Assembly (NCBI GenBank): GCA_001938485.1
Contig: MQRK01224117.1
Span: 9,470-73,469, forward strand
DNA: 64,000 nt
Source: Girardia tigrina
Taxonomy: Eukaryota
Direction: 5' to 3'
Below the pieces are notes generated by a model, which ran no database searches, was not told the DNA's origin, and was given only the letters and a program-made list of their open reading frames with translations. Made by a program: the position numbers and the translations under genes. This document shows, piece by piece, positions 12,501 to 24,000 of this stretch (its first letter is position 1; each line of letters begins with the position of its first letter).

Positions 12501-13053
12501 CGAACCCTCCTCGGTCGTCTTGTCACTGCATCAAAACTGCCTCTCCCACCTCCTCTCCATTCGAAATCAAATACACACACAAAAAACTTGCGCACATAAA
12601 TGATAAAAGCTTAGAGGGAATATTGTTTAACCCTTCGATAAATTCTCAGATGGGAAACGTCACTGCTGTAATAATATTTGATATTTTTATCTGGCATTTT
12701 TTTAATCAATATGCTTAAATTTTTGAGTGTTTTATAGTAATTTTTAATTTCTTGTTAATGGATTTACAATAATATTAAAATTTGTATTTTGACTTTTGCG
12801 TTTTTATACTTTAATTTATAAATTCTATTCTTGTATCAAATTTGAATTTTTGAATTTTCGTTTAATAAATTTGTATTTTATTTATTTTGTCGTGTATGAT
12901 AAATGATAAATGATATTTTGTCGCAGTGATGAATACTTTAAACCTGTCTATGTCAAATAAATTAATAAGTACTATTCAGGAGAGGAACTAGTGTACGATT
13001 ACGGAGATCGTGACAAAGCTACAGTGGAAGCCAACCCGTGGTTGCAATATTAA
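3558..13053 (+). CDS. KMT5A: Histone H4K20 monomethyltransferase SETD8/PR-Set7; exons 3558-3760, 3813-3966, 4024-4083, 7021-7196, 7244-7398, 12980-13053 (822 nt, 273 aa)
   Basis: All five introns are GT-AG with matching phases (2,0,0,2,1). Spliced product reads RRSERCSEK..NNREEGMR-IINTVDKGRGV..FIVEYSGNL..SKGSYMFYFKYKDLKYCVDATEESGRLGRLLNHSK..FAKRDIQIGEELVYDYGDRDKATVEANPWLQY*. This parallels the SETD8 SET domain (EEGM, KGRGV, EYxG, CVDAT, LGRLxNHS, GEELxYDYGDR, PWL). AATAAA at about 13138. Confidence 0.93.
4230..5345. repeat. Foldback element: inverted arrays of a 21-bp unit (TTTAATATGAAAAAATATCGA)
   Basis: Forward array about 4280-4525, reverse-complement array about 4640-5300; non-repetitive outer arms are also complementary. 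Confidence 0.85.
5420..6480 (-). mobile_element. Degraded Penelope-like retroelement reverse transcriptase
   Basis: Minus-strand QKNGVATGSPLAATLASIF, RYVDDNF and LPFLDV motifs with stops and frameshifts. Confidence 0.75.
7021..7398 (+). CDS. KMT5A: SETD8 exons 4-5 (SET core), split by a 47-nt intron 7197-7243
   Basis: KGRGV, EYSG, CVDAT and RLLNHSK motifs; ttag acceptor at 7020 and gt donor at 7399. Confidence 0.93.
7690..8941 (-). mobile_element. IS630-Tc1-mariner element, DD37E-type (ITmD37E/L31-like), transposase ORF 7810-8655
   Basis: About 55-bp TIRs (TAAYGTGTGYCCACTAAAAWAGTGCACAAGTTTTAAAACCAT); VLDDESYF, FWPDLASCHY and RPIEKFW motifs (36 residues between D and E in this copy); TA on the right flank. 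Confidence 0.85.
10095..11332 (+). mobile_element. Mariner (DD34D, cecropia/Hsmar1-like), complete with TIRs, disrupted transposase
   Basis: TIR TTAGGTTGATGCAAAAGAAATGTCGTTTTT with TA target-site duplication (TSD) on both sides; HTH N-terminus, WLPHEL, VTCDEKW, HDNARLH, HPPYSLDLSLTDYHLF; internal stops and frameshifts. Confidence 0.92.
11865..12560 (-). mobile_element. Gypsy-type fragment: integrase C-terminus, polypurine tract (PPT), 133-bp LTR (12310-12442), then gag
   Basis: RRPRRVRRAPGRFEDF then GGGGGCG, LTR TGTGAT...ATCACA, then gag-like LELADRLQCVENLESVIPLFLSGGAFAVYDGL. Confidence 0.7.
12980..13053 (+). CDS. KMT5A: SETD8 terminal exon (GEELVYDYGDRDKATVEANPWLQY*)
   Basis: ttcag acceptor at 12979, phase 1; ELxYDY motif. 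Confidence 0.92.
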
Positions 13054-14219
13054 TATATTATTAACATCATTTTTATATTTGGATTTTAATTGTACATATG
13101 TATTTTATTTTTGTTTTGATGATCATTTTATTGTGTTAATAAAGTTTTAAACTGGTTTTTATCTATTCCTAGATTCTGTTTGCAATCATGTTGTGTTCTT
13201 ATTTACATTATAAGTCTGTTTTCAATTGTGGATGTGTTATGAATTTAATGTTGAATGCACAATATTGAAATAGATGTATTTTTGACTTACATTTTGTATC
13301 ATTTTTATCAGAATTACGAGTTCGGTTTTCTTCAACAAAATGTGTCTTTTATGAAATGAATATGCTTTAATTATACTAAAAATAAATGTCTAGTGGATCT
13401 AGTTGGACTTCAGAACCATGATTCGTGATTACAGATGATCCTCTGAACCAGATATCTTCATCAACATGTTCAATACTTTTTCTGAGGATCTGGCGCACTC
13501 ATAAAATTTTGAGTATCTTAAATAAGAATATATCTAGAGTGAAAAGTTTTTGAAAAGAATTATTATTAAAATGTCTCTATTTAATTTTAAAAAGTATTTC
13601 TCAAAAGTAATTTAATGAAATTTTATTTGCTAAATATGTAAGTTTGAAATTATTCGTCAAATAATTGATTTCTATAAAATAGTTGAATTCTAAATATTTA
13701 ATTTAAACAAAATTAACAGTACCAAATTACTTTCGCATTCGATTCGCTTAATTCACTTTGTCGCAGTCCGAAATGCCGTAATTCAATTTTTGCATTCAAG
13801 TTGTCTTAAACCTTTATGGTGTCCAATCACTTTGTCATATTCGAAATCATAAAAACCATCTTCTCTTCCAGTTGTATTTTACAAACTATTGATGATAATG
13901 AAATATGCAATCTACTATTGGCCATTTTATTGAATGTATTTTACCACCATTCCACTGAGTTATTTATATACTGTAAATTATTCGATCTCAAATAGCAATA
14001 TCAAAAACGTATTCTTACGATTAGGCTTTTTGTCTCATCTGTTCTAGTAATATGGGTGTTCATAATATACATTAAAGCATAAACTAATAATTGATAAAAA
14101 TAAGCTATTAGATATGATTCTGGCACAAAAACCAACGCAGGATTACACTTTGCCCCATTAAAAAAGGTAATATTAGTTTAATATCATGTTTTAAGATCGT
14201 TATCAACTATCATTATAGC

Positions 14220-14450
14220 TGTGAGGAATATTTGGTGTGTTGATGTTTTTGTGTAGTGTTTGCATGTTTAAATGTGTGTTGATTAATATTTTAATTCTTA
14301 TAATCTTCAACTTATTTATTTAAATTTAGTTTTAATATTCAAATTTTTAATTTTTATTATTAAAAAATTTTTTATTATATTTTATTATTTTTATTTTGTA
14401 AATTTTAAATAATTTTCCTCATTTTATTTTGTAAATTTTTAAATAATTAA
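14220..14450. repeat. Partial copy of a dispersed solo-LTR-like repeat
   Basis: Reverse complement of the ends of 41667-42130 and 51804-52269. Confidence 0.65.
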
Positions 14451-14797
14451 ATCAAATTAATGTTGGATTTAAGTGCAGGCAATACTACTGATCGTGATAG
14501 AGATGTAATGGAGCCATGTAATAAATGTTCTGTCAAATGAGTGAGTTCAATTAACAATAATCTCACTCACAAAAAGGACATTAAATTAAATTCCCGTCTT
14601 TTTCTACCCCGTCTTTCAACTCGACCATTGTCATTTTCTCAATAATTACCTCATGATTCTTTTACGACTTTGTCAAATCTTTAAATATCCGTTTGAATGA
14701 AACCAATGTAAAAGCAACTTTTTTCCATTTAGCAGACATTAAAATGCATGTATAAAAACACAAAAGACCGATTTATTATATTCAATTTATTTTTCAA

Positions 14798-15005
14798 CTA
14801 TAACATCACAATATTTTCCTAAAACTTTTTAACACCACCTTTTTATTCTTCTAAAACAATGTTCAAGATAAAAATTAAGAAGAAAATTTGGAATCTAAAT
14901 TTTTAATTCCAATTTAAATAAATTAAGATTTATACAATGATTATGGATTATAACATCACAACATTTTCAAAAAACTTTTTAACACCACCTTTTATTCTTC
15001 TAAAA
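14798..15005 (+). repeat. Imperfect ~58-bp direct repeat (TATAACATCACAA...AACACCACCTTTT..TTCTTCTAAAA), two copies
   Basis: Copies at about 14798-14856 and 14948-15005. Confidence 0.7.
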
Positions 15006-17868
15006 TTTTTTTATTCTTTCTCAATAATTGCCTTAAAAATTGTCAATAATTTTCAAGCAAATCGAAGTTCAGATTAATCTAATTCTCTGTCTATCTCAAA
15101 CATTAATATCATTATGATCAATTATGACTTCATTCAAATAATTGCCGCGTTACCGAAGACCGAACAAGATCAATTCATTGTATTTGGTGATGAACAGAAA
15201 AATAAGAACTTTCTCTGTACCAATGGAAATATTGTTACTATTTAGAGATATAGAAATGTATCCATTAGAACGACAAATCGCCCTCGTCAGGGCGCAAATT
15301 AAAATTGCACGACTGTCTCCGGAGGATTTAGAGGCGCGTTTCTATAGGAACGAACGCTAATACCTAGCCCCGCCGCAGCATTGAGTTTAAAATAAAAACG
15401 ATCAAAGAAAGTAAGTTGAAAAAGTTTTCAAACAACATTTTTTATATTATTATTTATTTACAACTATTTAATTATTTTTTCCATAAATTTTTAATTTTTC
15501 TAAAACTTTTTAAATTTTTTCATAAATAATGTCGATAGTAAAAATAACTTGGCAATTCTGACGAAAATTGACAAATTTTACAATTGTTACAAAAACAAGA
15601 AAAAACAACTATTAATTTACGAATAACATTAAATGTAAATTTCGATTATTTTATCACATTTAAATGTCCACTATTATAAAGATTAAGTGGCTTTTGATTT
15701 CTGAAACATTGACACTGCTCATTTTCGGCTCCTGGAGAAAGGCACCAATTTCTGCTTTGACTTTAAAAATTATCGTAAAACACAAGAATTTTGAGATAAA
15801 TGAAAAAATATCCATTTTTCAAAGAATGCAAGAAGTAATTGACCGTAGCTACCAGGCTACCCAGTTCAAAATCTGTAATATAAGATTCCACAACTAAAGA
15901 AAGCTTCCCGAATACTTGTTAATATTAAGCTATTTATCGACCCTTTATCAATTCAAACACACATGGTACAGTTGAAATGTTAGTAATATATCTATGTAAT
16001 GCATAAAGTCCCGTGGAACAACTTTAAATGTAATAAATCCAGATATTTGTTCTAAAGTATCTAAAATATTTAGTCCTTGGTCACAAAGCGATCAGGATGA
16101 CGTACAACTCATTTCATTAAATTAAATAAGAAAGAAAACCAGAGAAAAGATTCTCAAAATCATCATTTTTCTGAGAATATTTGAGTGACTGTATAGTTTG
16201 GGAAAACGATGATATTTTCTGGAACTTAAAACACTATCTAGGAAACGTGTTCATATCAGTAACGTCAAACCAATAGATTAGATTGATTGGTGGTTGAGCC
16301 CAGAGACAATCTATTGATGATCAGATATCTTCCTTGTTACTGACTTTGAAATTTCAGTCACAAAGCCGATACTTGATGTCTTTTAATGTTATTACAAACT
16401 TTTAATCTTCTTGGAAAATTTTTTATGTTTGAATTGTGTCCATACTATCGATGCATCTGATTATGTATCGATTTCTTCAAAGGTATCAAATAAAGAATCA
16501 TTTGTTGGCTGACATTAGCTGGACTTGGTAAGAGTAGGAGATTTAGTTAGATGTGGATAACATTTTATCCAGTGGAGTAATAACATCTACATCAAGATGA
16601 ACAGATAGAACAGAATAAACATGGTTAGTAAGGATATGAATTTTCGTATCTACGTGTGGTTCATTATGATATACGTCTTTAATAATATAATATTTATCTA
16701 ACTAGATTTTTTATAATTAAAAACCCTGGTTAAATGTTTCTATTCTCCATACGCCATATTGTTTAAAGTTATCGGTGTCCGGGAATGATACGTTTAAGTT
16801 TTTGAATGAAATTAAATGAAAATTAAATTTTACACATTATTTATTTAAGTAATTAAACTTCAATTTATTATTTTTATTTATTCTAATTATTTGAATAAAA
16901 AAATCTAATAATCTTATCGGTAATAGTTAAATAATTTAAACTTTTCTTTTGTTTATATCTTTCGACAATGATTGCTTTCACGGGGCATGAATTTAAAAAA
17001 CAACAAAGTCCGTAAATATAATTAACTATTGAACAAAAAAACAAGTATAAAAATACCAATAAATAAATAACTAATAAAACGACATATAATTAGCCATTTT
17101 TATTTCAAAGAAAATTAAATATTTACATAAAATTATAAGAAATTTATTTTTATATAAAATTCAAATAACAAATGCACTGCAAATTTAATTTTCTTATCAC
17201 ACAAAATAAATTTATATATTTTATAAAAAAATATAGACACGATTACCACTTAAAATTTACATTAAACACAAAAATAACACCGATTTCCAAATAATTTCTT
17301 TTGCAGTCCATTCGAAAAAATGTAAAATCATTACAGAATTCTAAAATAAAAAAAATCCTCAAAAAACACTGCCAAAACTCTCCAAAAATCGGGTTTTTCT
17401 TCAAATTCTCGGTTAAATTTCGTTTTAATTAATTGAATACAGCTTATTTTACACTGTGTTGCATTTAAATATTTTCCAATGCAACAATAAAAATAATTCA
17501 TTTCAATCACGATTTACGTTTCAAACGTCATTTTTTCATTCCGATTTCCATTTCAAATTACCACTCGATAATTTTAACGAATATTTCCGACATTTTTTCG
17601 TCGAAAATTCCCTATCGTTTTTCTCACATTTTTATTACTTATTTTACGAATTTTCAACGGGAAATTTTCCGTTTTTCTTCCGTTTGATTTTGTCAAAACG
17701 TTTTTTTGCTTTATCGATTTTTGAATTCTATTTATTTTCGGAAGAAAACTGAGAGAAAATCGCTTTTTTTCTATCGTTTTTCTTTGTGTCGAATCGATTG
17801 TCAATTGACGATTTTCCGATCGATTTTAGATCCATTTTTTCATTCCAATTTGTCGATTGTGAGCCTAT

Positions 17869-18047
17869 ATGAATTCGCTAGCGATGCAAAACATCTCAGA
17901 ACCGCCTTTCGCTGTACTGCCGACACAAATCAATATCGATCCGAATCGGTATTATAAAACAACGCGAGACCTTTGTTACTGGACCAATGACACCTGTTGT
18001 GACGTGAATTCCATCGATCGATTTATCGAGAAAGCGAAGGAATTCAA
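17869..18047 (+). CDS. RCOR: RCOR-like exon 1 (ELM2 N-terminal part)
   Basis: GC-richer ORF MNSLAMQ..IDRFIEKAKEF ending at a GTAAAT donor (18048). Confidence 0.75.
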
Positions 18048-21000
18048 GTAAATTTGATTTATTGATTTTATTATTAATTGAAGTACTTTTTTTTGGAATT
18101 TTATTATAGAAAAAATAAATTAAAATTCGAGAAAAAATTAATTGAAACACAAGTGAAAAAATATACTTTAAAATTTTCAGAAATTATTTTTTTTTCATTT
18201 ATTTTGATCAATTAATTCATCGAAATACGCCAAAAAATCCCAGAATGAAATCCAATTAATTAATTAATTAATTAATTAATTAATTATTAATAAAACAATT
18301 AAAAATTAATTTAAATATGAGAAAAATTAATTAAAAAATTTAGCTGAATAAATTTATTTAAAATTATCATAAATTATTTTAATCAATTAATTCATAGAAA
18401 ATCGACAAAAATTTCAAGAATAAAATTTAATTAATTAATTTAATTAATCATTAAATTTAAAAAATAAATAAAAATAGTTTTTCGTTATAAAATAATTTTA
18501 GAATAATTAATTTATTAAATTTTTGCTTGTAAAATAATATTAAAAAAATTCTTTTGTACTTTAAATAATCGATTTATCGAAAAAAAAACAAAAGAATTCA
18601 ACTAAATTTGATTCGTTGATTTTATTATTAATTAATATACGTTTTTTTGGAATTTTTTTAACAGAAAAAATAATTAAATTACAAAAAAATATTTGAATAA
18701 ATTTATTTTAAAATATCATAAATTATTTTTTTTTCATTAACTTTAATCAATTAATGAATTGAAAATCGCCAAATAATTCAAGAATAAAATTCGATCAATT
18801 AATTAATTACTTATTAAATTAAAAAAATACATAAAGAAAAATAAATTTTCGATAAAAAATAATTTTAGAATAATTAATTTATAATAAATTTTTTTGAAAA
18901 ATGTAAAAAAAATATTTTTTTTGTTAAAAAAAATAATTTAATATTTACTTTGATCACTCTATTTTTTGAGAAAAGTTGAAGAATACAAGTAAATTTTATT
19001 GATTAATTCTTTTATTAATTAAAATTCGTTCTAAATGAATTTTATTAAAGAAAAAATCGAAAAAAATACGAAAAAAATAAATTAAAAATAATTTAATTTA
19101 TTTTTTTATTCAATTTATTTTTTATTCGATTAATTTCTCGAAAAACTCCAAGAAATTCAAGAATAAAATTTGATTGATTAATTAATTAATTATTAAATTA
19201 TAAAGAAATAAAAATAATTTAAAAAAAATTAATTTTTNNNNNNNNNNNNNNNNNNNNNNNNNNNNNNNNNNNNNNNNNNNNNNNNNNAATTTAAAAAAAA
19301 TTAATTTTTATAAAATTTTTCTAATAAATTTTCTTTGAAAAATATTATAATTTTTTTTAAAAAATAATTTTTACTTCGATTTATCGAAAAAAAATCAAAA
19401 AAACTTTCAAGTAAATTTGATTCATTGATTTTATTATAAATTACAATATGTTTTTTAAGGAATTTTATGATAGAAAAAATAATTAAAATACGAAAAAAAT
19501 TAAATAAAAAATTTAGTTAAAAGAATTTATTAAAAAAAATTTATTTTTTTTTCATTTATTTTCTTATTTATTATTTTTAATAAATTTTATTCTTGAAAAA
19601 AATTTTTTTAAAATACGATAAAAATTAAATAAAAATTTATTTAAAATTATCATAAATTATTTTTTTTATTTATTTTCTTTTTTGAATTTCTAATAAAAGA
19701 ATTTTTAATAAATCATTTAGAAACTCTGAATAAAGTTGTCGAGGGTGCATTTTGAACGTTCATTCTAGAACTCAAAGTTCCTATTAATAACACTATATAA
19801 GCGAGTGACATGTACTTAATAATCAATAAATTAATATTTTTAATACCGTTTATAGAAAATCTATACAAAAAACATTTGTAAATAAAATAAATAAAAATAA
19901 TTATTATTTATTTTTAAAAAATTTTTTTCTTAAAAATAAAAATTGAAATAAAATATAAAATATATTTAATAATTAATTGTTCAATCAACCAAATTTTATT
20001 CTTTATTTTTTGTCAATGAATTAATTGATTAAAGTAAATGAAAAATAATTTATAAAATATTTAAAACATTTCACTCATTTATTTTTATTTTATTTTGTTC
20101 AAAAAAATTATCGAGAAAGCGAAAGAATTCAAGGAAATTGGACCGATAATTTTTGTTATTATCGACATTAAAATTTTAAGGATTTTTTTGTTTTACTTTC
20201 ATTTCTTTTTCATTAAATAATTTTAGTTTAATAAATTTATAAATTTTTTTTATTTTTAATTTTAGCCAATCGATTTTTTGAAGAAAGCCGAGAAATTCAA
20301 ATAAATTTGACTGAAGAAATTATTAATTTTTCTTCTTGGTTTTATATGTTTAAGAAATTAAAAAATAAATAAATAAAAATGATTTAAAATAATTGATTTA
20401 TTTAAATTTTAATATAATTTTTCTTTTAAAAATATTCTAGAAAAAAAATCAATAAATCCAAATAATTTACGTAAATTTGATTGATTAATTAATTAATCAT
20501 TAAAATTATAATTTTTTCGAATTTTTATGTTTTGAAAATTAAAAAAAATAATTAAATATATCTTAGGTTAATAATAATTATAATAAATTCTCGATTTTTT
20601 TGTTTTATTTTCACTTTAATCAATCATTTTTTTTCAATGAAATTGAAAAGTTCAAATATAATTGATCGATGTATTTATTATTAATTAATTAATTTTTTGA
20701 TATTTTTTTAAAAAATAACAATTTTTCATTATAAAATTGTTTGATGAATTTTATTAAAATTTTGATTTTAAATATTCGATATCGAAAAATCAAAAAACAT
20801 TTTTCAAATTTTTTTTGCATAAAAAGTTTATTTTTCACTTAGATCAATCAATTTATCGAAAAAGTCAAAGAATTTTTGTACATGTGAATAAATTTGAATA
20901 AAATTGGCGAACTGTCGAATGAAAAATTCTTAAGCCAATCAAAGTTTATTAATTTCGATGGTTTAACCGTCATCGTCAGAACAAATGATTTTTCAAACGA

Positions 21001-24000
21001 AATTTACTTATATAGTGCAGTTAATGATTATGTAATCAATACGTAATCAGTACATCATTTAAAAACTCTCAACAAAGTTGTAGAGAGTGCAGTTTGAACG
21101 TTAATTTTAGCATTCAAAGATCTTACATATAACGCTTCACACGAGTCACTCTCTCCCAATAAATTTTAAATTAAGTGCACAGAATTTTAAAGTGTTGTGA
21201 AGTTATATCTCCTTTACAATGTCTTCTATGTCCTGCAATGTTACTTCCACCTTCATTACGACTGTGTTCCTGGATTCTCTTACAGAGATGACGTGAAGTC
21301 TCTCCAATGTATGTGTCAAGAGCAATCTTGCAACACTAATGATAACAGTTTGAGAATTGGTTATGTGTTAACTGTGCCATATTCAGAGGGGTTTAAAATA
21401 TTTGAAAATTCTATTTTGAAAGCGCTAGATAATGCAATAAGTTTTAAAGTAATATCTCTCACTCAGAAAATTGAAAGCATGTTCGGTAATAAATCTCCAA
21501 CGCCATTGGGATTGTGTTCGGATCTCATTTACGAATATACATGTAATGGGTGTAATGCCACATTCATTGGAGAGACTTCACGTCATCTCAGTAAGAGAAT
21601 CCAGGATCACAGTCGTAATGAAGGTGGAAGTAACATTGCAGGACATAGAAGACATTGTAAAGGAGATATAAATTCACAACACTTTAAAATCTGTGCACTC
21701 AATTTAAAAATTATTGGAAGAGAGTGACATGTGAAGTGTTGTATATTAGATCTTTGGATTCTAAAATTAACGTTCAAACGCACTCTCTACAACTTTGTTG
21801 AGAGTTTTTAAATGATGTACTGATTACGTATTGATTGCATAATCATTAACTGCACTATATAAGTAAATTTCGTTTGAAAAATCATTTGTTCTGACGATGA
21901 CGGTTAAACCGCCGAAATTAATAAACTTTGATTGGCTTAAGAATTTTTCATTCGACAGTTTGCCAATTTTATTCAAATTTATTCACATGTACTAAAATTC
22001 TTTGACTTTTTCGATAAATTGATTGATCTAAGAAAGAAATCGAAGGATCATTAGATATGAATAATATGCCTAAATATTGTTTAATTGCACCTTATTCTGA
22101 AGGATTTAAAAAACTTTAAAAATGCATTGTTAAAAGCAACTAACAATGAATTAAATTTAAAAATTGTATCACGATCTCATAAAATTCAAAATATATTCAG
22201 TAATAAATCTATTACATCTTTAACACTTTGTTCTGATATTGTTTATGAATATAAATGTAATGGGTGCGATGCCACATACATTGGAGAGACTGCCCGTCAT
22301 CTCTGTAAACGAATTCAAGAACATGGTCGAAAAGAGAGTAAGAGTAATATTGCAGAACATAGGAAAAAATGTAAATGTGATGTTAATTTTGATAATTTCA
22401 AAATTCTGTGTGAGCATTTTGACAGTTATTGTGAGAGAGTGTCGTGTGAAGCATTGTTAATTAGGCCACGTTGCCCTAATTCTCTTCTCTTAAAAAAAAT
22501 ACTCTTCTCCAGACCAATTCGTTTGGCTTCTTTTCTTTCCACCTGTCATTTTTGGATATTTGGCATCTAATATAAATAATATAAGTGGCAAAATGCTTCG
22601 GGTGTCTTATATTAATATATATATTAGGTTGGGGAAAAAGAAGTCCATTATTTTGGCGTGAAATTCAAAACTTTATTTAACATGTTTCGGATTGTCCTCT
22701 TAGAGTCAAATATGCACCGTTTTGTTGTATAATTAGTTACCATTTTGAAGGTAGCTTCATAATGCCTCTCTCATAGAAGTCTTGGTCCTTATTGGCGAAA
22801 AACTGTAGTAATCGATTTTCACAATCTTCTATTCATCCCAATTTCTTATCACTCAGGAAATTTTACAATGCGAGAAAAAGGTGGTAATCGCTTGGTGCAG
22901 GTCCGGACTATATGGTGGATGCATTAAAACTTCCCAACCAAGCTCCCTGAGTTTCTGGCGAGTCAATACAGACGTATGTGGTCTGGCGTTGTTGTTATGG
23001 AACACAATACCTCTTCTGTTGGCCAATTCTGGTCGTTTCTCATCAATTTCTATCTTCAAACGGTCCATTTGTTGACAGTACAGATCTGAATTTAGTGTTT
23101 GGCCATACGGAAGCAACTCATAATAAATGATTCTTTTCCAGTCCCAACAAATACACAGTAGAACCTTCCTGGCTGTTAGTCCTGGTTTGGCGACCGTTTG
23201 AGGTGCTTTACCGAGCTTTGACCACAATCGTTTTCGTACAATATTGTCGTATGTGACCCATTTCTCATCCCCAGTAACCAATTAACCTTTTAAGAAATGG
23301 GTCGATTTCATTTCGTTTGGCCAAGGCTTCGCAGATGGAAATTCGATCCATCATGTTTTTTGGTGTTAATTGGTGTAGAACCCAAACATCAAGTTTCTTT
23401 CTGAATCCTGCTTTGCCCAAATGGTTTAAAACCGTTTTGTGGTCAACTTCGATCATTGCCGAGATTTTATTGACATTTTCAACGATAATTTGTGCGAGGT
23501 GCATCTTTAACATCAAAAATGCCTCCACGGAATCGACGAAACCAAAATTGCGTGTAATTAGCTGTTACAGTTTTGGCACCATAAACACCATTCATAATAA
23601 CAGCCACCTGGCTTTCATTTTTTACCTTTATCGAATAAAAACTCTAAAATGTACAGTATTTTTTCTTTGTTGACTTCCATTTTTAACACCCTGTAACTCA
23701 GAACTGAATAAAAAAAAGCAAAAACTTTTTTTGTGAAATGTTACCTTGATAAAGAGCATAAATTTGAAATTGTTTGATCGATAAATAATGAATTACAATA
23801 ATGGATTACTTTTTCCCCAACTTAATATTTATATGCAAAATAATGGTAAGTTATCTTTAGAAGATACAAAACGATCATCTCAATTTATTGCGATTCATTT
23901 CGACGGATCATCTGTCATCATTAGGCGAAACTAGATCAATACTGATAAACTGACCTTTATTTATCGAATGATTGTTTACATTATCATTTCCTAATCACTA

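Larger units (their letters stand above)
20838..22032 (+). mobile_element. Penelope-like element 3' part (GIY-YIG endonuclease) with inverted pseudo-LTR; ~480-bp inverted arms
   Basis: Arms 20838-21318 and 21556-22032 are reverse complements; GIY-YIG motif IYEYTCNGCNATFIGETSRHLSKRIQDH. Confidence 0.9.

Noticed and set aside
19216-19310. Identical ~22-bp sequence on both sides of an N-gap
   Set aside because: Most likely contig-overlap artefact.
21197-21727. 176-aa ORF as a standalone gene
   Set aside because: Chimera of the antisense pLTR arm and the Penelope GIY-YIG fragment.
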